Shown one piece after another: positions 10,172 through 20,864 of a stretch of 64,000 bases of DNA. Location: positions 480,001 through 544,000 of the forward strand of contig CAVWVQ010000003.1 in the NCBI GenBank assembly GCA_963758525.1, read 5' to 3'. Each line of letters begins with the position of its first letter. The first letter of the stretch is position 1. The notes under the pieces are model-generated. The model ran no database searches, was not told the origin of the DNA, and was given only the letters and a program-made list of their open reading frames with translations. Both the position numbers and the translations under genes were made by a program. This stretch comes from an uncultured Phycisphaerales bacterium. Lineage in GTDB: Bacteria > Planctomycetota > Phycisphaerae > Tepidisphaerales > Tepidisphaeraceae.

Positions 10172-10837
10172 CTACGAAATGCTTGGGGGCGACCGATCGG
10201 GCCTGAAGGCGGCAATGAGTTGCGCCGCAAGACCCTCGCGCACCGCCCCCATTTCCGGCATTCGGTCGCCCAGCAGCCGCTGCAGAGACGTCGCGGATTT
10301 TCCGGGCAAACCACAGGGGACGATCAGATCGAAATAGCGCAGATCGGTTGTGACATTCAAGGCCAGCCCGTGCAGTGAAATTCCCCGGCTGATGCGAACC
10401 CCGATGGCACAAATCTTTGCCACAACGTCGCCGTCGTCCAACCAAATTCCCACGGCGGCGGGATCCTTTCGGGCGGCGATTCCGAACTCGGCCAGCAGCG
10501 TGATGACGGCATCTTCCAACCGATGGACATACGCCCCGACGGACAAGCGATGGGAATTGAGCCGGACGATCGGATACGCCACGATTTGGCCCGGGCCGTG
10601 AAAAGTGATGTCACCGCCGCGATCGCTCTTGACCAGTTCGACGCCGAGTTTGGCGAGCTGCTCCTCAGATGCCATCAGATTTCGCTCGCCACCGTCGCGG
10701 CGTCCGAAGGTGATCACCGGAGGATGTTCGACCAGGAGGATTTGCTCTTCGCCCCCCGCGAGAACCTGCGCGTGCGCTCTCTCCTGCTGCGCCCAGGCAG
10801 CGCGATAGTCCAACTTTCCAAGGTCATGGACTTTCAT
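10172..10837 (-). CDS. lipB: Lipoyl(octanoyl) transferase
   Basis: LVEHPPVITFGR, DRGGDITFHGPGQ, KICAIG, HGLALNV, IVPCGL. Confidence 0.95.
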   Translation of the reverse strand: MKVHDLGKLDYRAAWAQQERAHAQVLAGGEEQILLVEHPPVITFGRRDGGERNLMASEEQLAKLGVELVKSDRGGDITFHGPGQIVAYPIVRLNSHRLSVGAYVHRLEDAVITLLAEFGIAARKDPAAVGIWLDDGDVVAKICAIGVRISRGISLHGLALNVTTDLRYFDLIVPCGLPGKSATSLQRLLGDRMPEMGAVREGLAAQLIAAFRPDRSPPSIS

Positions 10838-11038
10838 GTAAAACGGGTTTCCAACCCGTTCTGGCGATATCGCAGTAGCAAGCCCGCAATCCGCGCAACG
10901 AGCCAACGTTCCGAGGTCCTGGACCCTTCAAGTAAAACGGGTTTCCAACCCGTTCTGGCGATATCGCAGTAGCAAGCTCGCAATCCGCGCGATTCGCCGT
11001 TCCAGTTGCTCTACGAACGGGTTGGAAACCCGTTGTAC
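10838..11038. repeat. REP family C (acgggtttccaacccgt): two ~59-bp direct copies plus an inverted copy
   Basis: Units start at 10838 and 10932; inverted copy ~11016-11038; another pair at 33552 and 33984. Confidence 0.85.
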
Positions 11039-12722
11039 AACGAGAGGTCCAGTTCGGCGAAGACATCGTCGTGCGCGTCCATCTCGGCGATCTGAATCTG
11101 CTCGAGTGATCCCATTGTACCTCCGGCGGCGAGTGACTCGGCGATGGTCGTTGCCCGGTCGAATCGGGTGGCGTGTCCGCTGAAGCGTTGGATGCCGTAA
11201 TCTGCCGCGCCCTTGGAGTGAACGACAAAAGGCCAGTCGCTGGCCTGCAGGAGCAGCAATTCGCGGGCGCCTCGCTGCAGCATCTGGCGGATCGAGTCGT
11301 TTCCCCGCCAGGGAAGTTGCTGGAGCATCGCGAGCAACCGCGTTTCCGCCCGATGCTCGGTTTCCCACATCCATCGGGTCTGCTCATTGAGCCAGACGCC
11401 GTGGTTTCCCTGCTCGCCCCAGCTTCCTTCAGGCAGTCGCATGACCTTGTCCGGCGGCGGATCGCGAAGCGCTTCCTCGGTCGTGGCGAGCGTGACGGAC
11501 CGGTCGTGGCTGAGCGTGAAAATCACGTCGCGCAGAAACTGGGGACCTTCGAACCACCAATGGCCGAAGAGCTCGGCGTCGAACGCCGCCACGCAAACGC
11601 CGGGTTTCCCTGCCAATGAGCGGTGTTCCCGTAGCGACTCTCGCACGATCTGGCAAAAATGCTGCGTATGCTCGAACAGGGTTGCGTGAACGTCCTGGGG
11701 AACGTAGGGCTCCTTGTCGCCGAGCGAAGTGCCGTGGTCCGTCACCCGGTGATAGCGCAGGCCGTGATCGGCACTTTTGCGATGAAAGTCCAAATACGAG
11801 GCCGCGCCAGGATATCCCACGGCCCCGCTCCACACCTGCTCGCTGATGATGGGCTGGCGGGCCAGCGCATAGCAACTCGGCGGCCCCGGCTCGCTTGCCA
11901 CGCCAACCGGTTCCATCGGATTGCGCCAGCCGCGGCCCGCGTCCCAATGCAGCTGCGCTTCGCCCACCGCGGAGAAACGCTTGCCGTGCATCGTTCCCAG
12001 CGGTTGGCCCTGCCTCACCAGGTCGGAGTCAACGCAAAAATGCGTCAGCCCGGCACCGGCGATCAGAGTTTCGAGGCCTTCGCGAGATCGCGGGCGATCA
12101 TCCAGCACCGGCGGCATCCAATGCGTACAGCCCGGGCGATAAGCGCACTCCGGAAGCCACATTCCAGTGCTGACCGCCTCACCGAGAATACGCCGGCTCG
12201 TCGCAGCGCCGATGGCCAATTGGCGCGGATCATTTCATCGTTGCGCAACAGCGGCAGGTAGGGATGCGTCGCCGGCCCGGTGAGGATCTGGATGTGTCCC
12301 TCACGGCTGCGGGCGGCAAATTCAGCGGGAATATCGCGTTTGATTCTCTCGAAATGGGCGGCTTTGCGCTGGAACCAGCTTTCCCAACGCTCCGCCAGAT
12401 GCGCGAATTGCTGCTGACCGGCGCGCTCGAAGTCGGCACGGTCGCGGGCAGCTCGCGCATGTTGTTCGGCCAGATACTTCGGGAATTGCTCTTTGAACCA
12501 TGGATGAGCTAATTGCTCCAGAAGCACCGGCGTCAAGCCGACGGTGAATCCCGGCCGGCATTTGTGCAGCGCGAGTTCGCCGATCAAATCGAGCAACGGG
12601 AGGTAGGCTTCCGCGGCGGCTTCAAAGAGCCAAGCCTCGCCATGAGGCGTCACGCCGTGATGGAGCACGTAGGGAAGGTGCGCATGGAGAACGATGCACA
12701 GCTTTCCGAGCGACTCGCTCAT
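11011..12722 (-). CDS. GH57 1,4-alpha-glucan branching enzyme (apparent frameshift near 12224)
   Basis: VLHAHLPYV, WLPECAY, FDAELFGHWWFEGP, RELLLLQASDWPF; split across two ORFs. Confidence 0.9.
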
Positions 12723-12741
12723 CGCCGTGAATCGTAATGGG

Positions 12742-13104
12742 TCAGATGAGTTGCGTCATCCTCAGGATGACAAACGCGCAGAGCAGTCCGGTGACCGCCG
12801 CCGCGAGATTGCGCTCGCGCCGGCTTGCGGAAAGGGTTCCGCCGACCAGGGCCAGCACCACTCCCGCCTCGGCCAGGGGCACGAGGAGCACGCGTTCGAG
12901 CATCGCCAGCTCCGCGTGCGATCCGGCCAGCACCCTTGCGCTTTGCGGGCTGAGCAGCGCGGGTCCCAGAATCAGGAGCAACATCGTCCCAAAGCAGACA
13001 GAGGATGTCGCGTTCAGCACGCACCGCGTGCCGCTTCGCAGCACGCCGTCATTCGCCCGTTTTCCCGGAAAACTCATATAGGCCGCTCCAGTCCCCCATC
13101 CCAT
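12742..13104 (-). CDS. Small hypothetical membrane protein
   Basis: Three hydrophobic segments, co-oriented with GH57; start uncertain. Confidence 0.5.
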   Translation of the reverse strand: MGWGTGAAYMSFPGKRANDGVLRSGTRCVLNATSSVCFGTMLLLILGPALLSPQSARVLAGSHAELAMLERVLLVPLAEAGVVLALVGGTLSASRRERNLAAAVTGLLCAFVILRMTQLI

Positions 13105-13482
13105 CGGCAGGCCGTTCGTGAGGTTTAATCCCCTATGGAACTGGATTCGCGGCTGAATTGCGAAAGCAGCTCGTTCCCGACGAATTAAATGTCATAAAGC
13201 ACACAGCGTCGCTTATTCGCGGGAGAGGACGAACCCCGTCGCGTATCTTCCGTGCGTCGCGGCGCAGGGTCTCGCTTGACCCATCCCGCGCGGGCCAGAT
13301 ACTCTCCGCCGCTGGCGAATCGTTTTGAACTCCTGTCGGCGGCGTAGTAGGGGTTTTGATGTGTGGCGCGGGTTCACCCCGCGCCTCGCAATCGATCGGC
13401 GGGATGAACCCCGCCCTGAAGCGATAGCAGTAACGACGATCTGTGCCCAACGGGGAAGCGGAATTCGCTGGAGGCCTGCATT

Positions 13483-14877
13483 ATGGGCGTGAGCACTGAT
13501 TCACCTGAAACCGCGGCTGTTGGGGAACTGGCCTGGTGGCGACTGCTGGAGCCATATCACTGGTTTGTGCTGCTCGTCGCGTCGGGAGCATGGTTCTTCG
13601 ACTGCCTCGATCAGCGGCTTTTTTCGCTGGCACGGATTCCCGCGCTGACATCGCTGATGCAACTGCCCGCGACCAACGTCGAGGTGCAATCCTTCGGAAA
13701 GGTCGTAACCGCGTTCTTTCTCATCGGTTGGGCGATCGGAGGCATGATCTTTGGATCGTTGGGAGACAAGTTCGGCCGGGCACGCATGCTCACGCTGACG
13801 ATCCTGACGTATTCCATCTTCACCGGGTTGAGCTTCTTCAGCCGCACCAAAGGCGATTTCACACTTTTTCGCTTCCTGACCGGGCTGGGCGTCGGAGGCG
13901 TATTCGGACTGGCAGTTGCGTTGATTGCTGAAACCGTTCCGACCGCCGCGCGAGTGCAGTCGCTGGGATTGCTGCAAATTCTCTCTACGTTCGGAAACAT
14001 CGCATCGGCATTCATCAAGATGGGGATCGACTCGCTGGAGTCGTCGCACATCATCGCGAACGGCCAAAGCTGGCGCTGGCTGTTTCTCGTCGGGGCGGCC
14101 CCCGCGCTCATGGTTGTTTTCACCGCCTGGCGGTTGCGCGAGCCGGAACCGTGGCTGAGACTCAAGGCCAGCGGCCTGCTGCCCAAGGGCGGCATTTTCG
14201 CGCCTTACGGCAAATTGCTTCGGCAGGAACTGTGGCGGAAGAATCTGATTGTTGGCGCGTTGATCGCGTCGACTGGCGTCGTCGGGCTGTGGGCGATCGG
14301 TGAATACGCTGTCGACCTGCAGCGCGCGGTCTTCAAAACCTACTATGAGGCACGGGTCAGCGCTGATGCCGCCAAACCGCTTATCAACGCCGCGATCAAC
14401 AGAGCCTTCCTGCTCAACATGCTCGGCGCAGCAGCAGGAATGTGGCTCTTTACCCGCCTCGCCGCGGCCACGGGGCGCCGGTTTGCCTTTGCGTTCGGGT
14501 TCTCCGCCGCGCTGGTTGTAACGTTTCTGGTCTACTGGAAGCTGAATTCTCCCACCGACGCGTATTGGATGATGCCCTTCATGGGAGCGGCCCAGCTTGG
14601 ACTGTTCGCAGGATTTTCGATCTACCTGCCGGAATTGTTTCCAAGCTCGCTGCGGAGCACCGGCGTGTCGTTCTGCTACAACGTCGGGCGGCTTGCGGCG
14701 GCGGCGGGAAGCTTTTTCTCCTCGATGCTCACGCACAATGTATTCGGCAAATACGCTTCCCCTTTGCCGCTCCGCTACGCCGCCATGACGATGTGCGCAA
14801 TTTTCCTGGTCGGACTCGCCACGCTCCCCTTCGCGCCGGAAACGCGCGGCCAACCCCTGCCGGAAGAAACTCAGTGA
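13483..14877 (+). CDS. MFS transporter
   Basis: GSLGDKFGRAR motif A, RFLTGLGVGG, PELFPSSLRSTG, APETRG. Confidence 0.93.
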   Translation: MGVSTDSPETAAVGELAWWRLLEPYHWFVLLVASGAWFFDCLDQRLFSLARIPALTSLMQLPATNVEVQSFGKVVTAFFLIGWAIGGMIFGSLGDKFGRARMLTLTILTYSIFTGLSFFSRTKGDFTLFRFLTGLGVGGVFGLAVALIAETVPTAARVQSLGLLQILSTFGNIASAFIKMGIDSLESSHIIANGQSWRWLFLVGAAPALMVVFTAWRLREPEPWLRLKASGLLPKGGIFAPYGKLLRQELWRKNLIVGALIASTGVVGLWAIGEYAVDLQRAVFKTYYEARVSADAAKPLINAAINRAFLLNMLGAAAGMWLFTRLAAATGRRFAFAFGFSAALVVTFLVYWKLNSPTDAYWMMPFMGAAQLGLFAGFSIYLPELFPSSLRSTGVSFCYNVGRLAAAAGSFFSSMLTHNVFGKYASPLPLRYAAMTMCAIFLVGLATLPFAPETRGQPLPEETQ

Positions 14878-14921
14878 CAGGGGTGTAACTTTTATTTGTG
14901 GCGATTGCAGATTTTGCGATC

Positions 14922-14989
14922 GTAGGGCGGGATTCATCCCGCCGTTTTCTCAGCCGGCCAACAAATCGGCGGGATGAATCCCGCCCTAC
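14922..14989. repeat. GTAG-type REP doublet family D (gtagggcgggattcatcccgccg...cggcgggatgaatcccgccctac)
   Basis: Perfect inverted pair after MFS stop; halves also at 58208 and 59341, related hairpins ~13366-13418. Confidence 0.85.
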
Positions 14990-15179
14990 TCGGAGCCGAT
15001 CGCCACTTTCGAGCGCCACACCCCAGTGACAGACCGGCAGCGCCCCGGGCTTGTCAACACGTCCGATCACGCTACCCTTCGCCGCGGAGTGGCGACTGGC
15101 GGGCAGTGATTTGAGAGCCGGGGCTACAGCCGGTACCATCTGGCCCCACCGTTAAAACCACTCGTTACCGGAGATTGAT

Positions 15180-15638
15180 ATGGGACTGGCGTCTGGCATC
15201 AAGGGCCTATTGAATGAGTTCAAGCAGTTTGCCTTGCAGGGCAACGTGATGGATCTGGCCGTCGGTCTGGTCATCGGATCGGCATTCACCTCCATCGTCA
15301 CCTCGCTGGTGACGAACGTAATGATGCCGCCCCTGGGCCTGCTGATGGGCGGAGTCGACTTCTCCAACAAGGTCGTGGTGCTTCGAGAATCGCATGTCGT
15401 CAATGGCAAAGAAGTTGCCCCGACACTGCTCAGCTATGGCAAGTTCATCAACAGCGTGATCGATTTTCTCATCATTGCCGCGGCGGTGTTCGCCGTCGTA
15501 AAGCTGATGAACATGGCGAAGCGCAAGCCCCCGGCAGGACCTGTATCGACCAAGGAATGCCCGTTCTGTGCTTCAACCATTGCGATCAAGGCAAAAAAGT
15601 GCGCTTACTGCACGGCTGATCTGCCGGCAGTGGCTTAA
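15180..15638 (+). CDS. mscL: Large-conductance mechanosensitive channel with C-terminal CxxC...CxxC knuckle
   Basis: EFKQFALQGNVMDLAVGLVIGSAF, YGKFINSVIDFLII, KECPFC...KCAYCT. Confidence 0.95.
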   Translation: MGLASGIKGLLNEFKQFALQGNVMDLAVGLVIGSAFTSIVTSLVTNVMMPPLGLLMGGVDFSNKVVVLRESHVVNGKEVAPTLLSYGKFINSVIDFLIIAAAVFAVVKLMNMAKRKPPAGPVSTKECPFCASTIAIKAKKCAYCTADLPAVA

Positions 15639-15735
15639 TTTTGTTTCAGCGGTAATGCTCGCGGCGTCAATGGACGACGCCTGAGGTGCAGCGTCGCGTT
15701 TTCAATTTTGCTTCTGCGAGAGAAAGGAGTCTGCG

Positions 15736-16761
15736 GTGATGCGAGGGTTTAATGTTCTGATTGCGTGCGCTATTGCGGCCGGCCTGTCCGCGTATGCGAA
15801 GGGTGATGAGGTCTTTTTCAACAACGGTGATCATCTCACCGGAAAAATTGAAGGCCTCACCGACAACAAGCTGAGTATCTCGTCTGCGGTTGCCGGAAAG
15901 ATAGCCGTCGATCTGAAAGACGTGAAAACGTTCAGGACCGACGGCCCGATCACGCTGCAACTGAAGGACGGCACCGTCATTCATCAGCGCGTGGTTGCGG
16001 GCCCCGACGGGCAGTTCACCGCCGCCCCAGGCGGTGAGATCGCCCCGCAGAATTTCCAGATCGCCCAGATCAAGAAGGTCAATCCGACCCCCGACCGGTG
16101 GACCGGGAACGTGGTGATCGGCGGATTTATCGCCCGTGGCAACACCGACATCGACAGCTTCACGGCCAGCGGTCATGCGGTGCGCCGCACCGAAACAGAT
16201 CGGCTCACCCTCGATGCCGGATATCTCTACGCCCGCCAGAAGCCCAATGACGGCGGAAAGAAGCAGCGCACCGAAGACAACTGGTTTGTCGAAGGAACCT
16301 ACGACCACTTCTTCACGAAAAAGTTCTACGCGTACGCCAACGCCAGGGTCGAACGCGATCTGATCGCCAACCTGAGTCTGCGCCTCACGCCCGGCGTCGG
16401 TCTGGGCTACCAGTGGTTCGACAATCCCAATGACTTGAGCTTCAGCACTGAAGGCGGCGTTTCGTGGCTTTATCGCGACTACAACAACGACGGCAGCGAT
16501 GAAAGCGTTGCCGTGCGGCTCGCGTATCACCTGAAGAAGAAGATCAACGAGCACTTCACGATCTTCAACGACTTCGAATATTTCCCAGGGCTCGATTCGA
16601 TCGACGACTTCTATTTCAACACCGACGCCGGCATGCACGTTGCGCTGACGGATTCGCTGTTCACGGAGTTCAAGATCGAATACCGCCATGACGAACGGCC
16701 GGCCCCGAATTCGCAGAAGGATGATGTGCGTTACACGATGGGCGTAGGCTGGAAGTTCTAG
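15736..16761 (+). CDS. DUF481 outer-membrane beta-barrel protein
   Basis: Signal peptide, NGDHLTG, RGNTD, GVGLGYQ, terminal GVGWKF. Confidence 0.85.
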   Translation: MMRGFNVLIACAIAAGLSAYAKGDEVFFNNGDHLTGKIEGLTDNKLSISSAVAGKIAVDLKDVKTFRTDGPITLQLKDGTVIHQRVVAGPDGQFTAAPGGEIAPQNFQIAQIKKVNPTPDRWTGNVVIGGFIARGNTDIDSFTASGHAVRRTETDRLTLDAGYLYARQKPNDGGKKQRTEDNWFVEGTYDHFFTKKFYAYANARVERDLIANLSLRLTPGVGLGYQWFDNPNDLSFSTEGGVSWLYRDYNNDGSDESVAVRLAYHLKKKINEHFTIFNDFEYFPGLDSIDDFYFNTDAGMHVALTDSLFTEFKIEYRHDERPAPNSQKDDVRYTMGVGWKF

Positions 16762-16774
16762 AGGGAAGAGGGGG

Positions 16775-17010
16775 AGGAAGGCACGAAGGGGGAGGAAGGC
16801 ACGAAGGGTGAGGAAGGGGATTTTGATAAAAGCATTCCGCCGCGCAGCGTCCTTCCCTTCGTGCCTCCGTGCCTACGTGCCTTCGTGCCTGCCTTTCTCC
16901 GTGCCTTCGTGCCTGCCTTTCTCCGTGCCTTCGTGCCTGCCTTCCCCCGTGCCTTCGTGCCTGCCTTCCCCCGTGCCTTCGTGCCTGCCTTCCCCCGTGC
17001 CTTCGTGCCA
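16775..17010. repeat. GGCACGAA/TTCGTGCC octamer-based array with 24-nt higher-order period
   Basis: ~5 copies of ccgtgccttcgtgcctgcctt(t/c)c(t/c); same family at 18175-18500, 35525-35556, 55905-56165. Confidence 0.88.
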
Positions 17011-17033
17011 TTCTTCATCCCCCTCCCCCCTCC

Positions 17034-17261
17034 ATGCCTGACTACAACGATCCGGATCCCGACGAAACGGACTGGAATCCTGATCCCGCGACCGTTCCCT
17101 GCCCCGAGTGCGGCGGCGAAGTCTTCGACGACGCCGACCGCTGCCCCGAGTGCGGCCACTACTTCTCGCCCGGCAAAGCGAACGCGAGCCGTTTGTGGTA
17201 CAAAATAGCGGTTGCGTTTCTCGTCGGACTGCTGGTCTGGACGCTGATTGCGTGGTGGTGA
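17034..17261 (+). CDS. Small zinc-ribbon membrane protein
   Basis: Acidic N-terminus, CPECG...CPECG, C-terminal TM helix. Confidence 0.75.
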   Translation: MPDYNDPDPDETDWNPDPATVPCPECGGEVFDDADRCPECGHYFSPGKANASRLWYKIAVAFLVGLLVWTLIAWW

Positions 17262-17272
17262 AGGAGAAGCTC

Positions 17273-18223
17273 ATGCCTCGAAGGTCACGCCTTTTGTTGT
17301 TTCTGCTTGTCGTCTCGTGCGGCATCCCAATCGCCGCCGCGGGTGAGCCGACGACTCGGCCGGCTCTGCAACATCCCAAGCCGCCCGCGGATGTTCACTT
17401 TGAACCCGATGTTGTCTACGCAACCGTGGACGGTGAACCGCTGCTGCTGGATCTTTCCTCGCCGGCAAGCGTTGCCGGCCCGCTTCCCTGCATCGTTGCG
17501 ATCCACGGCGGCGGGTGGAGCGGGGGCAATCGCAAGCAGCATGACGATCTCACGTTCCAGTTCGCTCGCCACAACTACATTGCCGTGACGCTTGAATACC
17601 GCATGGCCCCGCAGCATCGGTTTCCCGTTCCCGTCCAGGACGTCAAGGCGGCCGTTCGTTATTTGCGCGGCAACGCCGAGAAGCTTCACATTGATCCGCA
17701 ACACATTGGCGCCGTCGGGTTCTCCGCCGGGGCGCACCTGTCGATGATGCTCGGCACGATGGACAAAGCCGACGGGCTCGATGATGTCGGCGATTTTCCA
17801 GACCAGTCGAGCAAGGTGCAGGCGGTGGTTTCGTTTTTTGGTCCGACCGATCTCACTGCGGAGTATCCGCAACGGTCGAAAGCGATCGTCCGCAATTTCA
17901 TCGGCGGCGACTTCAAGGAGATGCCCGACGCCTATCGCCGCGCGTCCCCCATTACCTACGTGAACGCCGGCGACGCGCCGATGCTGTTATTCCAGGGCAC
18001 CGCCGACGTGCTTGTTCCTTACAATCAAGCCTATCTGATGGCCGGCGCCATGCAGAAAGCCGGCATCCCCGGCAGAGTGGAGCTGATCATCGGCGCCAAC
18101 CACGGCTGGGGCGGCCCCGAACTGCTCCGCACCGCCAGCGAAACGATGGAGTTCTTCGACAAATATTTGAAGGGGGATGAAGGAAGGCACGAAGGCACGG
18201 AGGCACGAAGGCACGGAGGGTGA
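17273..18223 (+). CDS. Secreted alpha/beta hydrolase (HSL-like esterase)
   Basis: Signal peptide, IHGGGW, GFSAGAHL, FQGTADVLV, ANHGW. Confidence 0.92.
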   Translation: MPRRSRLLLFLLVVSCGIPIAAAGEPTTRPALQHPKPPADVHFEPDVVYATVDGEPLLLDLSSPASVAGPLPCIVAIHGGGWSGGNRKQHDDLTFQFARHNYIAVTLEYRMAPQHRFPVPVQDVKAAVRYLRGNAEKLHIDPQHIGAVGFSAGAHLSMMLGTMDKADGLDDVGDFPDQSSKVQAVVSFFGPTDLTAEYPQRSKAIVRNFIGGDFKEMPDAYRRASPITYVNAGDAPMLLFQGTADVLVPYNQAYLMAGAMQKAGIPGRVELIIGANHGWGGPELLRTASETMEFFDKYLKGDEGRHEGTEARRHGG

Positions 18224-18457
18224 GGAAGGGGGGACACGGTCGGCGCGACTTCTCCCCTTGCGTTCCCTTGCTACTGCTTCGTTCCCCTTCGTGTTTTTCC
18301 CTCTCCCTTCCTCACCTTCGTGCCTCCGTGCCTTTGTGCCTTCGTGCCTTCCTTCATCCTCCGTGCCTTTCTCCGTGCCTTTCCCCCTCCCTTCCTCACC
18401 CTTCGTGCCTTCGTGCCTTCGTGCCTTCCTTCAAACCTTCCCTTCCCTCTCCCTTCC

Positions 18458-19144
18458 TCACCCTTCGTGCCTCCGTGCCTTCGTGCCTTCGTGCCTTCCT
18501 TCATCCTCCGTCCCATCCTCACGACGCTTCTGGGCCGCCACCGCGTAAAACGGCCGTCCTTCTCTCCGATACTTCCTCTCAAAATTCGTCCCGACGAATT
18601 CCCCGTCGGCAGCGGAGCCGGGGCGGTTGTATTCGATCACTTGCAGCGGTGACGCGGTGACGACCGCTTGAATCTGCTCGAAATAATCGTGATGGTCGGT
18701 GACGATCTGCAGCCGGCCACCCGGGATCAGCGAGCGATGCACCAGCTGCACAAACGGCGACTGGATCAACCGGCGTTTGTTGTGCCGCTTCTTGGGCCAG
18801 GGATCGGGGAAATAGATATGGACGACAGAGAGGCTCTGCTCCGGAACGAACTCCGCGAAGAAAAAAGCGGCGTCCGCACGGACGGTGCGCGCGTTTTGTT
18901 CGCAATGATTTCGTCGCAGCCGATCGCTCGCGTAGCGCCAAAACCAGCGCGCCCACTCAAGGCCGACGAAATTGACATCGGGCCGGGTTCGCGCCTGCTC
19001 GGTCAGGAAAGTTCCCTTCCCGGTGCCGATTTCCAACTCGACTGGGTGATCGTTCCCAAAGAGCTCGTTCCAGCACAACGGGCGTGGCAGCGCTTCCACG
19101 TCCAGACCCACCGGTTCCACGATCAGTTCGCGTGTTGACTGCAT
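18458..19144 (-). CDS. trmB: tRNA (guanine-N7)-methyltransferase
   Basis: ELEIGTGKG, YFPDPWPKKRHNKRRL, VTDHHDY, TNFERKY. Confidence 0.95.
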   Translation of the reverse strand: MQSTRELIVEPVGLDVEALPRPLCWNELFGNDHPVELEIGTGKGTFLTEQARTRPDVNFVGLEWARWFWRYASDRLRRNHCEQNARTVRADAAFFFAEFVPEQSLSVVHIYFPDPWPKKRHNKRRLIQSPFVQLVHRSLIPGGRLQIVTDHHDYFEQIQAVVTASPLQVIEYNRPGSAADGEFVGTNFERKYRREGRPFYAVAAQKRREDGTEDEGRHEGTKARRHEG

Positions 19145-19600
19145 CAGCCTCCGGCATGCACCATATCGCAGGCAATACAAACCGCAAACCGGGAAGCGGC
19201 GACTGCAGGGAAGACCGATCGCGCGACCCGCTCCCGGACTACTGCGTAAGCGGGGGACGCGCAACGAGGTGGTGCACCCGCGGCAGCTCATCGAACTCCA
19301 CCGTAGAACTATTTCGTCAAGCGCCCGCGGATTTCGCAGCGTGGCTTTTGACGCTCCTTTGCAAGCGCGATTCGGATGGTCCGAGCGGTGATGGATCGGA
19401 ACTGGCGGTTCACAATGGCTTTCCAGCGGGCTTGGTTCCCGGGCGATTAAGCGGCCGGTTTTGTTTGACTGATTCCGTTGCCGTGATTGCGAAAAAAGCG
19501 ATGCCCGGGCGGGCGTTTCATTGGGGAAGTTGACATCAGTTTGGCGATAGAAGAGCAGAAGTCCGATATTTGTCCATTTGTACCCTCAAAGGAGTGAGCA

Positions 19601-20287
19601 ATGCCTCGCAAACCAACCAGAATCGCCTCCGCCAAGAAGTACACCACCGCTGCCCCCAAGGCCGCGCCGAAGCCGGCCGCGGCCTCCCCGGCGACGGTCG
19701 CGGTCGCGGTCGAACGGGTGAAAGAAACCGTTGCCGCGCCGGTCGAGCAGTTGAAATCACCAGTGGTTTCATGCAATACTGCAATTGTGGAGCCCACAGT
19801 GTCCGTACAATCGTTGATTCAAGCCCTTCGCGACCCGTCCGCCGACGTCGCTCGCGACGCTGCCGTCGAATTGGGCGGCGCCAAGGATGCGTCGGCCGTC
19901 GCGCCGCTGATCGAAGTGATCACCAATGACGACGGCTACTACCACGACGTTGTCCGCGCCGCCGCCGCCGAGTCGCTCGGCCGGCTTGGTGACGCCCGCG
20001 CCGTTGAGCCGCTGCTGCTTCTGAGCCGCGACACCATGGCCGAGGCCAGCGCCGAAGCCGTCCGCGCACTGGCGCTGCTCAATGACCAGCGCACCGTCGG
20101 CCCGCTGATCGACATCGTCCGCAATAGCTACGGCTTTTTCCTCCCGATCGTCCGCCGCGCCGCGGTGATCGCCCTGGCGAAGCTGGGCGGCCCCGCCGCC
20201 AAGGCGGAACTGAAGAACGTCTCGTCGAACACCAGCGAAGATCCGGTGATTCGTCAAGCTGCGACAAGCGCGATCGCCTCCGCCTGA
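19601..20287 (+). CDS. HEAT/PBS-lyase repeat protein with Lys/Ala/Pro-rich N-terminal tail
   Basis: VRAAAAESLGRLGDARAVEPL-type repeats; SD AAGGAG. Confidence 0.85.
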   Translation: MPRKPTRIASAKKYTTAAPKAAPKPAAASPATVAVAVERVKETVAAPVEQLKSPVVSCNTAIVEPTVSVQSLIQALRDPSADVARDAAVELGGAKDASAVAPLIEVITNDDGYYHDVVRAAAAESLGRLGDARAVEPLLLLSRDTMAEASAEAVRALALLNDQRTVGPLIDIVRNSYGFFLPIVRRAAVIALAKLGGPAAKAELKNVSSNTSEDPVIRQAATSAIASA

Positions 20288-20313
20288 AGCGACTAAAGCG
20301 TGATGAACAAGCC

Positions 20314-20348
20314 AGCCGCGCGCTCTCCGGAGCGCGCGGCTTTTTTTT
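20314..20348 (+). terminator. Rho-independent terminator
   Basis: agccgcgcgctc-tccg-gagcgcgcggct hairpin followed by a T run. Confidence 0.9.
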
Positions 20349-20399
20349 GCCCGCAATGCCACCCGGATTCGCTGGCGTCCCAGACGCCTGAGATGTCCG

Positions 20400-20553
20400 A
20401 GATTTTCAAATCTCAGATCTTCCCCCTTCAAATTTCAGATCTCAAATTTGAGATTCTCCTTCAATTTCAAATTTCAAAATCTGAGATCTCCATTCAAATT
20501 TCAAATCTCAAATCTGGGATCTCCTTTCAAATTTCAAATCTCAAATCTGAGAT
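20400..20553. repeat. TTTCAAA/TCTCAAA/TCTGAGA heptamer-based array
   Basis: Repeated tttcaaatctcaaatctgagat units; related array at 43840-43883. Confidence 0.85.
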
Positions 20554-20864
20554 CCCCCCTTGTCCACCTTCAGCAACCCATAGACCGCCACCACGGTTCC
20601 GAACGGAATCATCGCCAGCAGCGCAATATTCAGCGCCGCCGCGGCGACCCTTCCCGCTCTTGGCCTGGTCGCTCGCAAGATGAGTGTCAGCACGATCGCA
20701 ATGACGTAGACGCCATACATCACTTCGATGAAGTTCAGAACGACGATCCCCCGCGGCGCCGTCGCGAACCTGGGCCGAAGCAAGACCATCTGCCCGCAGG
20801 CGAGCAGGATAAAGATCAGCAGCACGATCAGCATGATCGTGTAGACGCGATTGATCTGGTTCAT
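20541..20864 (-). CDS. Small hypothetical membrane protein
   Basis: 3-4 TM helices with IPFGTVVAVYGL motif. Confidence 0.65.
   Translation of the reverse strand: MNQINRVYTIMLIVLLIFILLACGQMVLLRPRFATAPRGIVVLNFIEVMYGVYVIAIVLTLILRATRPRAGRVAAAALNIALLAMIPFGTVVAVYGLLKVDKGGSQI

Noticed and set aside
10838..11038. Repeated 59-bp units with different intervening sequence as a mini-CRISPR
   Set aside because: Only two direct copies plus an inverted one; the same core occurs as a dispersed REP elsewhere
16860..17010. 24-nt periodic repeat as a CRISPR array
   Set aside because: Units are head-to-tail with no unique spacers, and no cas genes are present
18177..18660. ORFs made of CLRAFVPS / GTKARRHE / FQISNLKS peptides
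   Set aside because: Translations of simple DNA repeats, not credible proteins
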